A DNA stretch of 37,031 nucleotides from Candidatus Asgardarchaeum abyssi (GTDB taxonomy: Archaea > Asgardarchaeota > Asgardarchaeia > Asgardarchaeales > Asgardarchaeaceae). The stretch is taken from contig JBECUL010000018.1 in NCBI GenBank assembly GCA_040225955.1, positions 1-37,031 on the forward strand. Direction: 5' to 3'. Each line of letters starts with the position of its first letter. Positions within the stretch are counted from its first letter, which is position 1. The translations under genes and the position numbers were made by a program. A model generated the notes under the pieces. That model was not told the origin of the DNA, did not search any database, and saw nothing but the letters and a program-made list of their open reading frames with translations. Positions 28,547 to 37,031 of the stretch are shown here, piece after piece.

Positions 28547-29764
28547 ATGTGCAATCTTGCTGATGCATTGGACTTTATAATAGAAAAATGTAATATTAAA
28601 GATAAAGATGTCCTAGAGAAGATTCGAGAAAATAAAACGCACACGGGAAAGCGGTTTCTCGCGAAGGGTGTAATGCAAGAAGTATTCATAAAAGCCAAAG
28701 GGATAAGAATAAAGCCGTTTGATATCGAATATTATAGAGTTGAAAATGGATTGCCGAATCTTCGTACGGGATCCACAATTATTTGTAAAGGTGATCAATT
28801 TCTGTTAATTTCTGGATATCCCGAGTTAGAACCTGTAAAGGTTATGCATAACGATTTGCCAGACTTCAGTGATTTGATTGGAAAAGATTTAGTAATACAA
28901 TACAAAGTAGATGGTTACAACACAAGGCTAGTTTATGTTGATTGGCTTGAGAAATACGTTGCGATTTTAAGAGGGGGAGATATTGACCTCAGAACGACAT
29001 ACCTCCTTTGGAATAATCAAAAAATAAATGAGGTATTAATTGACTTCTTCTCCAGAAATAGAAATATTATCATTAACGTAGAAACTGTGGGAAAGTTATC
29101 TCTAAATACTCACCACGCAGAATATTACCAGAAACATTATAACATCGGCGATATCGGATTTTTCGTCTTTGATATGATGAATATAGAAAATTCTAATTTC
29201 TTATTATATGAGGAGATCAAAAAACTTTCAGAGGAATATAATTTCTTAACCGTGAAATCTGTTGACAGTCTCGATCTCAAGAACGCTGATGCAGTTGTGC
29301 ACAATGTTCTCGATCCTATGTTTAGAGAGGGTATTTACGAGGGATTAGTATTTAAAGAAAATTCAAGAGCATACACAAGGATTATGAAAAAACTCAGGCT
29401 TGAGTACTTTAAAAAATATAAAACACTATTAGAGAAATTACCGAAGAAAAAAGCTCGTAAAAAAGCCATAGAGGAGGTAATATTTGAACATTTTATACAA
29501 GGTTATCCTGAACCGCCATGGTTAATCAGAGGGATCCAACCTGAAGAAACTGCAGAGCTCAATAAGCTATTAGAAAAATTAAGAAAAGCTGTTGAAAAAA
29601 ACGAAAATATAAGGAACATAGTTGGTGAAATAACTGAATTGCTACTTGGCTTTATACTTAGAGCAATTCATAGTGAAAAAATTAGGAAAATAGACAAAAA
29701 TAAACTGGAAAAAGCAATAAAGAGATATGTAGGAAAACAGATTGGCAAAATGAAGAAATTCTAG
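28547..29764 (+). CDS. ATP-dependent RNA ligase, Rnl3/Pab1020-like
   Basis: Nucleotidyltransferase motifs I YKVDGYN, III NVETVG, IIIa FFVFDM, IV EGLVFKE, V MKKLR; upstream GYP motif. Confidence 0.75.
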   Translation: MCNLADALDFIIEKCNIKDKDVLEKIRENKTHTGKRFLAKGVMQEVFIKAKGIRIKPFDIEYYRVENGLPNLRTGSTIICKGDQFLLISGYPELEPVKVMHNDLPDFSDLIGKDLVIQYKVDGYNTRLVYVDWLEKYVAILRGGDIDLRTTYLLWNNQKINEVLIDFFSRNRNIIINVETVGKLSLNTHHAEYYQKHYNIGDIGFFVFDMMNIENSNFLLYEEIKKLSEEYNFLTVKSVDSLDLKNADAVVHNVLDPMFREGIYEGLVFKENSRAYTRIMKKLRLEYFKKYKTLLEKLPKKKARKKAIEEVIFEHFIQGYPEPPWLIRGIQPEETAELNKLLEKLRKAVEKNENIRNIVGEITELLLGFILRAIHSEKIRKIDKNKLEKAIKRYVGKQIGKMKKF

Positions 29765-30006
29765 AAATTCCTTTTTACTATTTTTATAAATACGCTTCTA
29801 GGCACCAAGATTCGTCAGTCCTCGAAATTTGAAATCCTAATAAAAATGATTTTTCGCACCAATACGGATTTTTCACCTAATTAGTGCAGGGAGCACTGAG
29901 CCTATCAAATCCTTTTTATAGTCATCATCCTCTAAAAAATGTATTTCACCTTCTGAGGAAAACTTTAATAGAATTATACATCAAAGTCATATAGAGAAAT
30001 AGGCTA

Positions 30007-31374
30007 TTGGTGTTAGTTGTGCCTAAATTACGGCTAGGTAAGTTCGTTAAGCAGGTTAAGAAAAAAGTTCCATGGATTGAACATTTAATTGAAGATGAGA
30101 GTATCGCTGGGGAGTTAAATCCCGAGTTAATTGCATTTAAAGTTTCTAGAAGATCTTTATGTGTGATTTGTAAGGGGAGTAAATTATTATGTGGAAAACC
30201 TAGATGTCCCATTCTTGAGAAGTTTTATACATTCACTAAAATAGCTAAAGGTTTAGATACCACAGATTTAGATGGCGACTCGCCACCTAGCGTTTTTGTA
30301 GGTCGTTTTGGATATCCTCATGTGATGATCGGACCTATGGTTCCACCAGTTGAAGGAGACACATCTATTTTTGACCTCCCAGAAGCATGGTTCGGTAAAA
30401 GTATCGAAGAGATTTTAGATTACAGGATAAAACTTGTTCGTGGTACATTCCTGGCAAATGTAAAGAAAATTCATAATTTGGAAAATAATAAACTTCTTTT
30501 AAGAACTCAAGAATTAGCGATGAGTGAGAACCCTGTCGACAGTGAATTGTTATTAAAGAAAAAACCGAAGCAGAAGCTCTTAGTTGATAGTTATGTGCAA
30601 CCAATGGGTCCATCGGCACCCCTAAACGATTTTCAAATAGATAATGTCAAAATTCCTAAACCTGTTCAAAAGGTGTATGATGACTATGATTTGAGGGCCA
30701 ATGAGGCTATTCTGACGTTGTATAAGAAAGAAATTCCTGTTACGAAAATTCAACGTATCTTAAGTGTTGGTGTGTTGGGAGTCAAGTTTGATAGAAAATT
30801 GGTTCCTACTAGATGGAGTATTACTGCCGTTGATAGTATACTTTCCAAGGCACTAAGGGAGAAAATCAAGCAGTATCCGCTAATTTCAAAGTACATGGTC
30901 TTTGAAGTAAATTACCTTGACAATAAATTTGTTATTCTTATGATGCCAAGAGCGTGGAGCTATGAATTAATAGAGGCTTGGTTTCCAGGATCTACTTGGA
31001 ATCCAGATGGAACGATGATTGGAATGGTAGGAGACTGGGAAGGATACAAAGGAAGAAAAACATATGCATCAATTGGTGGCTGTTATTATGCAGCAAGACT
31101 TGCAGTAACGGAATATCTACAAAAAATTAGAAGGCAGGCATCAATTGTTATTTTCAGGGAAACTTATCCTAGTAGTCTAATGCCATTAGGAGTGTGGTTT
31201 GTTAGAGAGTGTGTAAGAGCTGCATTAAGAAGACAACCATTTCAATTTGATACATTAGAGGAAGCACTAAAATTTGTGTCATCAGGGCTGAAAATCCTAC
31301 TAAGGAACTGGCTTGAAATAAGTGGTGTGCTTCAAAATATAAGAAGACAAAGATTAATTACAGAGTTCATATAG
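30007..31374 (+). CDS. nreA: DNA repair protein NreA (Nre family)
   Basis: CVICKGSKLLCGKPRCP, SPPSVFVGRFGYP, RKLVPTRWSITAVD, GGCYYAARL, PLGVWFVRE; C-terminal PIP-like QRLITEFI. Confidence 0.92.
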   Translation: MVLVVPKLRLGKFVKQVKKKVPWIEHLIEDESIAGELNPELIAFKVSRRSLCVICKGSKLLCGKPRCPILEKFYTFTKIAKGLDTTDLDGDSPPSVFVGRFGYPHVMIGPMVPPVEGDTSIFDLPEAWFGKSIEEILDYRIKLVRGTFLANVKKIHNLENNKLLLRTQELAMSENPVDSELLLKKKPKQKLLVDSYVQPMGPSAPLNDFQIDNVKIPKPVQKVYDDYDLRANEAILTLYKKEIPVTKIQRILSVGVLGVKFDRKLVPTRWSITAVDSILSKALREKIKQYPLISKYMVFEVNYLDNKFVILMMPRAWSYELIEAWFPGSTWNPDGTMIGMVGDWEGYKGRKTYASIGGCYYAARLAVTEYLQKIRRQASIVIFRETYPSSLMPLGVWFVRECVRAALRRQPFQFDTLEEALKFVSSGLKILLRNWLEISGVLQNIRRQRLITEFI

Positions 31375-31388
31375 GTCAGGTATTAAAA

Positions 31389-32207
31389 ATGGTCAAGATT
31401 GTTGAGATTTTTCCTAAAAGTGTGATCAGCAAGAGTGGAATATACTCAATAGATTATTCAATAAATCCATACATAGGATGCCAACATGGATGTGCTTACT
31501 GTTATGCTCGTTTTATGAAGAAATATATTAATACGCAAGAAGAATGGGGGAACTTTGTGTTTGTTAAGGTTAATGCGCCAACTCTCGTTGCTAAAGAATT
31601 GAAAAGAGTTCCCCAAAATTCAACGGTACTCCTTAGCAGTGTGTGCGATCCATACCAGCCTATGGAAAAGAAATACGAGCTAACAAGAAAAATATTAGAG
31701 GTCTTACTCAAAAGAAGGGATCTCTATATCTATATATTAACAAAATCTGATTTAGTTCTTCGAGATATAAATGTTCTAAAAGAATTTCCAAAGCTAGAGG
31801 TGGGATTCACTATAGTATTTATTGATGAAAAATTAAAAGATATTTTTGAACCAGGAGCACCTCCAATTAAGAGACGATTAGATGCTATGAGAATTTTGTT
31901 AGAAGAAGGTATAAGAACCTATCTCTTTATAGCACCGATGCTTCCATATATTACTGAAAACTATTTGGAGAATTTAATTGATTTTGCAAATAAAAATAAG
32001 GTCGCATATGTATTTTTTGACACTCTAAATATAAAGGCAGGGAATTGGAAAACGATAAAACAAGCTCTTGAAAAGTTTGACTCTTCTCTTATAAAGAAAT
32101 ACGAAGATATTCTTTTTTCAAGAAATTCTAGTTATTACAGAGCTCTTAAGAATAAAACAATACAATTATGCAATAAGTTTAGAGTAGATTGCAATTTTGC
32201 CTTCTAG
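31389..32207 (+). CDS. Radical SAM protein, spore photoproduct lyase-like (Rv2578c/SplB-related)
   Basis: INPYIGCQHGCAYCYA, SSVCDPYQP, TKSDLVLRD. Confidence 0.9.
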   Translation: MVKIVEIFPKSVISKSGIYSIDYSINPYIGCQHGCAYCYARFMKKYINTQEEWGNFVFVKVNAPTLVAKELKRVPQNSTVLLSSVCDPYQPMEKKYELTRKILEVLLKRRDLYIYILTKSDLVLRDINVLKEFPKLEVGFTIVFIDEKLKDIFEPGAPPIKRRLDAMRILLEEGIRTYLFIAPMLPYITENYLENLIDFANKNKVAYVFFDTLNIKAGNWKTIKQALEKFDSSLIKKYEDILFSRNSSYYRALKNKTIQLCNKFRVDCNFAF

Positions 32208-32254
32208 TTCTTATTGAATCACTTTCTATTACATGCATTTTTGATAAAAATAAA

Positions 32255-32710
32255 TTATTTGACAATCTCCTTGAAAGAACTCCAACTCATTACTAGTTCA
32301 TGAGGAAGAATATTTATTATATCGCTATCCTCTGTTACAAGAGGCATTCTTTCAGATATTGCAGTTGACATTATAATCGCATCAAACGGATCTTTATGCA
32401 TTTTAAGGAGGTTAGTTGTATTTTTAATTATATTATACGAGGCATAATTAATTTTTCTTAACAGTTGAGAATTTTTTATAGTGAAAAAAGCTTTAAATGC
32501 CTTTTTAAATAAACTATCAAGCTTTCTTTTTCTTGCAATAGAGATTGTTTTGAGATAAGCTTCTAGGAGGGAAATTTCAGAGATATATAGTTTATTACCA
32601 GCATTAATATGTTTTTGCAATACATATTTAATCTCTGAATTTGTTGCAAAGTTGACAGATATTCCGAATGTTGGCAAGATAAAAGTTGTATCCAATAATA
32701 TCCGATACAT
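32255..32710 (-). CDS. PIN-domain protein (VapC-like)
   Basis: ILLDTTFILP, ISEISLLE, HKDPFDAIIMSTA, LVTED. Confidence 0.88.
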   Translation of the reverse strand: MYRILLDTTFILPTFGISVNFATNSEIKYVLQKHINAGNKLYISEISLLEAYLKTISIARKRKLDSLFKKAFKAFFTIKNSQLLRKINYASYNIIKNTTNLLKMHKDPFDAIIMSTAISERMPLVTEDSDIINILPHELVMSWSSFKEIVK

Positions 32711-32767
32711 TTATATTCACCAGAAAAAATATTAATCACCAGAACTTATAAAAACTATGGTGATTTC

Positions 32768-33022
32768 ATGAAGAAAATAAAGGCTATTGGCAAAGTAGGT
32801 TCTAAAGGAGAATTGTACCCGAATAAGAAAATTCGCGAAGTTGTTGGCATAAAACCAGGGCAAAATGTATTATATATTGCTACTGAAGATAAGTTAGAGG
32901 TTATTCCGATCAAGAACTTCTTGGAATTATTTGATGAGAAGCCACTAGTAAAAATTTCTGTAGAAGAATTTGAAAGATTAACCGAAGAAGTACTAGGCTC
33001 AATGGAAAAAAATAAAAAATGA
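32768..33022 (+). CDS. AbrB/MazE/SpoVT-family DNA-binding protein (antitoxin)
   Basis: KVGSKGELYPNKKIREVVGIKPG. Confidence 0.85.
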   Translation: MKKIKAIGKVGSKGELYPNKKIREVVGIKPGQNVLYIATEDKLEVIPIKNFLELFDEKPLVKISVEEFERLTEEVLGSMEKNKK

Positions 33023-33110
33023 TTGTATGTTGTTTTTATCACGTTCTATACTTACTACGTTTTCTGACAATAACTTCAAGATTATAGCCATTATTGCTAC
33101 ACCAACCAAT

Positions 33111-33188
33111 AGTTATTACAGAGCTCTTAAAAATAAGATAGCACGATTATGCAATAAATTTGAAGTAGATTGCGTTTTTACCTTTTAA
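33111..33188 (+). pseudogene. Orphan duplicate 3' end of the radical SAM gene
   Basis: SYYRALKNKIARLCNKFEVDCVFTF* versus SYYRALKNKTIQLCNKFRVDCNFAF*. Confidence 0.8.
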
Positions 33189-33443
33189 TTTCTTGCTAAT
33201 TGCTGACATTTGATTAAAAGTTAGTGAATTACTCTTAAATCGATATTTATTGCTAATTCTATTCGGTCTCTACGTAAATAATATCCTCCTCTCTACCTTA
33301 GCAAGACTACTTTCCGTTTTCCAATTTTCTTCAATTGCAAGCCAAAAAATGATTAAGTGCATGCTATTCTTTTTCACCCAACCAAGTCTAATACGACATT
33401 ACATAATTCAAGGTATTTTCTTTGGACTATATTCAAAATGCTT

Positions 33444-33677
33444 TCAAAGATTAAACAAATTTATAAATGCTTTTAGATTTATTACCTGTAGCGGCTTAGC
33501 TCTTAGGCGATTTAACTCTTTAAATTGATCACTGTGCTTTGCAAAATCTAGAATTTTGGTATCTTCTGTGATTAAAATATCTGCGAATACGAGCGAAGAG
33601 GCTAATATGATCCAATCTATTGAGTCGTTAATATACTTTCTTAAAGTTATATCTAATTATATCTTCGTGTTACCCAA
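33444..33677 (-). pseudogene. Internally deleted PIN toxin downstream of AbrB
   Basis: TTG start overlapping the AbrB stop: MGNTKI*LDIT joined directly to the C-terminal LRKYINDSIDWIILASS...LITED...; nonsense codon plus a missing middle. Confidence 0.65.
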
Positions 33678-33930
33678 TACTCTCGGATAGTTCTCGTCTG
33701 AATTTGTGAAACTCATCTAATGAAATTTCAACTTCTGGCTTCTTTGAGAGAAGATCTTCAAAATCCTTAACTGGAATTATGATGAGCAGTCCGTCTTTTA
33801 TACGAATAATTATTTTGTCCTTAGGTCTTAATCCTAGCTGCTCCCTAATTTTCTTGGGAATGTATATTTCCCCTTTGGTTCCGATAGATGTTTTTATTTC
33901 TACGATTTCTTTACTCAATCTCTGAATCAC
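33670..33930 (-). CDS. AbrB/MazE/SpoVT-family antitoxin
   Basis: SIGTKGEIYIPKKIREQLGLRPKD. Confidence 0.87.
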   Translation of the reverse strand: MIQRLSKEIVEIKTSIGTKGEIYIPKKIREQLGLRPKDKIIIRIKDGLLIIIPVKDFEDLLSKKPEVEISLDEFHKFRRELSESIG

Positions 33931-34014
33931 CTGAAAAAGGTATGTATTTTCGGAATTTTAATCTTTTGTTATTTATTTTCAATTCAGTTATGCACTTTTA
34001 TATTGTGAAGTAAG

Positions 34015-34088
34015 TGGAAGTTTCTGTAGAAGAATTTGAAAGACCAACTGAAGAGATATAGGTTCGATAAAAAAAGAATGAAAAATAA
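34015..34088 (+). pseudogene. 3' remnant of an allele of the AbrB gene at 32768-33022
   Basis: VEVSVEEFERPTEEI/GSIKKNEK* versus VKISVEEFERLTEEVLGSMEKNKK*. Confidence 0.65.
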
Positions 34089-34120
34089 TATATGTCATGA
34101 ATTATATCATGCTTCATAAT

Positions 34121-37031
34121 TCATTTACGTTTTCTAACAATGATTCGCGAAATTATGACCACCGCTGCTACTCCGATAACAAGTCCCCCAGCAAGACCTA
34201 TTGATAGATACATTAGCGATGCTTTAGATTTCTCTGTTTCATAATTTTCGGTTTTTATGTATATCGCATCCTCACTCATATTTCCAGCTTTGTCAAAAGC
34301 TCTCACTTTTATTGTATGCCAGCCATCACCTAATATTGATGTATTAAATAATATAGCTGTTACATTATTTTCAATTCTGATTGTAATATTATCATCAATG
34401 AGTATCTCAACCAGTAATAGATTGTTCTCCTCAATTGTCCAATTTATGGCAATAATTCCAGTCACAGTAGTACCATTCAGTGGATTCGTAATGATAACCT
34501 CGGGTTTCGTATTATCGATTGTCACATTTACACTATCAATTGCCCAATGATTGGTCTTATCTGTTACGTTAAGCAGTAAGGTGTATGTGCCATCAACCAG
34601 TTCACTGACATCTATTGAACATGTCCCATTGAATATAGTGATATAGTATTTAGTTCCATTTATTTCGAGATAAGCCTCTTTTATATTACTCTCATCTATT
34701 AGATACTGCACCATAAGAGTCCCGCTTATGTAACTATTCATCTCTGGAGACAGTATCTCAACGACTGGTGCTGTGTTATCAACAATTACATTAATAACAG
34801 CTTCGGTTGTGTGGTTTGCTCTATCGGTAACTTTTAATTTGAACGTATACAGTCCATCACCCATCGATAATGTTGATAGCAAGTAATATGACTTTTCAGT
34901 AACGTTAACATCAACAGGGATATCATTTATCATAAAGACTGCTGACATAATGTGCTCATCGTAGATATACCAGCTTACATTGACAACTTGGCTTATATAT
35001 GATCCATTGGCTGGAGAAAGGAAGCTCGCCGCTGGATATGTATTATCCGTTTCAAATGTAATTACTTTGCTATCTACTTCGCCAGAAGAGTAATAAGCGG
35101 TAATATTAATGGTATGTATGCCATCGCTATATGCAGTTGTATCAATCACATAGGTACTTGCTGAACTAGTCAAGTTGGCAACGGATACATTATCGAAGAA
35201 TATCTCAACTTTAATCAAATAAAGTTCTCTTGTGGAATAATTAACTACTAAATCACCAGCAATGTATTCGGCGGTTCCATCACTTGATAATGAAACATTT
35301 AATCCTGTAGGTTCTCGAGCAACATAGATTGTATAGAATACGTAAACACTTCTGTTGAAGTAGTCAAATCCAATTATTTTGATTGTATGATTTCCACTCT
35401 CTAGATCAAATGTATATGTGCCGCTAAATTTACCAAAATCTATAGGAGTACCACTATCAATTATTATAGTAACGTTCCTCGGACAGGCATCGATAAGCTG
35501 TATGTTAACAGGTATTGTACTGAAATAGTATGTATTATTGCTGAGCCCAGAAACTATTAGGGATGGTGGAGTATTATCGATATATACACTAAATGACGCT
35601 TGAGCTGCCTTTCCAGCGTCATCATAAAATTCAAACTTTATCTCTTTGAGACCTTCTCCAAATAATTCTGTGATCCTCGTAGTGTTTAAATTATAAGTTC
35701 CATTACAAGGCGCATAATCGAAAAAGTTTTCATTGACGAAAACAAGTGTTTGAAGCCCGTATGGAGAGAACCAACCTCCAACATCTGGATTACTTTCAAA
35801 TACGGTAATATTAATTGGAACAGAGCCAGTTAGATAATCACCATTACTAATTCCTGTAACAGTTATGGCTGGAGGATTTTCATCCACTAAAATATACCCA
35901 GTCCAGTTATCATACCTGCCAAAGTAGTCAGTAACTTCTAGGAATAACTTATAGTAGCCTTCTGAAAGATTTGTTGTGTTAATTATTATAGATTCATTCC
36001 ACAATAGGGTATCAGATTTAATTTCAGTGCCATTTAAGTATGTGAAGTTATAGAAGTATGTCTGTACAGCAGGTTCTGTTAAAACCTCAATTATCTCCGC
36101 CTTACTTTTACCTAATATTTGTGTGGTTGGTTCAATTACAGTAGTAGCTCCATTATCTATGTTAAGACAGGTCGTATAACCTGGAAGTATTCCATTAGAC
36201 TGAACTTCTAATTTCAACATAACATCCCTGAGATCACCGATTAGAGTATCTGTGTCAATTGATATCTTATTACCAGACGAGGTTACAATTATGGAGTATG
36301 TTATAACTTCCAGAGTGTATCTCGCATAGTTCCCTGAGTACATTAATATATCAAATTTGTAATAGCCACTCTTGGATGCAGTAAACTCTATTTTCTCTGG
36401 CCTATTGAAAGTTGCTGACTGATACCAATTTGAGATTAAATTATCATCCGGGTCATAAATGATTAGGTCCAAATCTTCTGCATACAGCCAGTCAAGCGTC
36501 ACAGAGACGTATGTCCCAGCGGATATGTATATTGAATGTTCCACACCAGGATACTCTTCATCCCAGGGAGCCACAATTTTAGATGTGTTTTCAAATATTT
36601 CTCCGCTATATTCAGTTTTTGCACCCATCATTGCTTTTAACCCAGTTATATTTAGCAGTCCTCCAGATTGGCTTGATGGATTAATAGTCGCATTTATCCA
36701 ACCATAAGCAAAACCTTCATTAAAGCCAGACAATCCAGACGAGACGGACCATGAGATTATATACGGATCCTCAGTTAAGTATACAGCTTTAAGAGTTATG
36801 TCCTCTGGGAATATTATCCCGTCCGCACGCGTATTATGAATAACGACAGTATATACACCATCACCCTGATATGGCACCCATAATAATTGCTCTCTGGGTG
36901 CTGTTGTTGAAAAATCAAATACCCCATCACCTTGATATTCTATATCTGATGTAACAACTATATATGAGTTGTTGAATACCACAATAACGTCAACCTGCGA
37001 ATAATCTCCATTCCAAGTTATGTCTACTAAT
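34121..37031 (-). CDS. Large membrane-anchored surface protein (5' end outside window) with PPC-like domain(s), tandem Ig-like repeats and a C-terminal TM helix
   Basis: Frame open to the window edge; VTLDW...DLDLIIYDPD...PEKIEF...GYY (PPC-like); repeated DNTxPxVxIxSPxN; many NxS/T sequons; hydrophobic C-terminus followed by VRKRK. Confidence 0.8.
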   Translation of the reverse strand, partial: LVDITWNGDYSQVDVIVVFNNSYIVVTSDIEYQGDGVFDFSTTAPREQLLWVPYQGDGVYTVVIHNTRADGIIFPEDITLKAVYLTEDPYIISWSVSSGLSGFNEGFAYGWINATINPSSQSGGLLNITGLKAMMGAKTEYSGEIFENTSKIVAPWDEEYPGVEHSIYISAGTYVSVTLDWLYAEDLDLIIYDPDDNLISNWYQSATFNRPEKIEFTASKSGYYKFDILMYSGNYARYTLEVITYSIIVTSSGNKISIDTDTLIGDLRDVMLKLEVQSNGILPGYTTCLNIDNGATTVIEPTTQILGKSKAEIIEVLTEPAVQTYFYNFTYLNGTEIKSDTLLWNESIIINTTNLSEGYYKLFLEVTDYFGRYDNWTGYILVDENPPAITVTGISNGDYLTGSVPINITVFESNPDVGGWFSPYGLQTLVFVNENFFDYAPCNGTYNLNTTRITELFGEGLKEIKFEFYDDAGKAAQASFSVYIDNTPPSLIVSGLSNNTYYFSTIPVNIQLIDACPRNVTIIIDSGTPIDFGKFSGTYTFDLESGNHTIKIIGFDYFNRSVYVFYTIYVAREPTGLNVSLSSDGTAEYIAGDLVVNYSTRELYLIKVEIFFDNVSVANLTSSASTYVIDTTAYSDGIHTINITAYYSSGEVDSKVITFETDNTYPAASFLSPANGSYISQVVNVSWYIYDEHIMSAVFMINDIPVDVNVTEKSYYLLSTLSMGDGLYTFKLKVTDRANHTTEAVINVIVDNTAPVVEILSPEMNSYISGTLMVQYLIDESNIKEAYLEINGTKYYITIFNGTCSIDVSELVDGTYTLLLNVTDKTNHWAIDSVNVTIDNTKPEVIITNPLNGTTVTGIIAINWTIEENNLLLVEILIDDNITIRIENNVTAILFNTSILGDGWHTIKVRAFDKAGNMSEDAIYIKTENYETEKSKASLMYLSIGLAGGLVIGVAAVVIISRIIVRKRK

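Larger units (their letters stand above)
32129..33109. repeat. Unit 1 of an imperfect tandem duplication (unit 2 is about 33110-34180)
   Basis: 32129-32149 is identical to 33110-33130 (21 nt) and similarity continues to the stop codons; 32950-33110 resembles about 34018-34180. Confidence 0.8.

Noticed and set aside
29815-29930. Minus-strand C/D box sRNA (ATGATGA...CTGA)
   Set aside because: Boxes are about 110 nt apart with no clear C'/D' pair; too long for a typical archaeal guide.
33250-33528. 92-aa plus-strand ORF
   Set aside because: Partly antisense to the PIN pseudogene, with no recognisable protein features.
183-36707. Many short antisense or overlapping ORFs in the six-frame track (e.g. 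183-401, 5074-5382, 15540-16007, 23362-23787, 26712-27074, 34257-34550)
   Set aside because: Shadow ORFs of well-supported genes on the other strand or frame.
36850-36940. Repeated YQGDGV hexapeptide in the surface protein
   Set aside because: Short two-copy repeat within a coding region; no evidence of a separate element.

Overview
AT-rich archaeal chromosomal segment (GAGGTGA/GGTGA ribosome-binding sites, BRE/TATA promoters, frequent TTG/GTG starts, NreA, an Rnl3-type RNA ligase, a SAMP/MoaD gene). Most of it is an accessory catabolic region: a cyclic amidohydrolase, three MTA/SAH-deaminase-family amidohydrolases, an LLM/Mer-like reductase, xanthine-dehydrogenase-family Mo and 2Fe-2S subunits, a class III aminotransferase, an aconitase X pair, a DHDPS-family lyase, a LUD/CCG Fe-S oxidoreductase and an MtaA-like methyltransferase. 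Six PIN (VapC-type) loci are scattered between these operons, and an RNA ligase-NreA-radical SAM repair cluster and the 3' part of a large membrane-anchored Ig-repeat surface protein lie at the right. The main finding is an IS110-family element (inferred 8999-10516) whose left non-coding end folds into a twin-loop bridge-RNA-like ncRNA. Its four loop segments match, in equivalent register, the two flanks and the two element ends. It also has symmetric sub-terminal inverted repeats, an internal BRE/TATA promoter and no apparent shared core dinucleotide. Also notable are a roughly 1 kb tandem duplication of two diverged alleles of the same intergenic locus with different TA cargo (32129-34180) and several genes broken only by single-base indels. 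All calls come from motif recognition and manual base-pairing; no database search or folding program was run.
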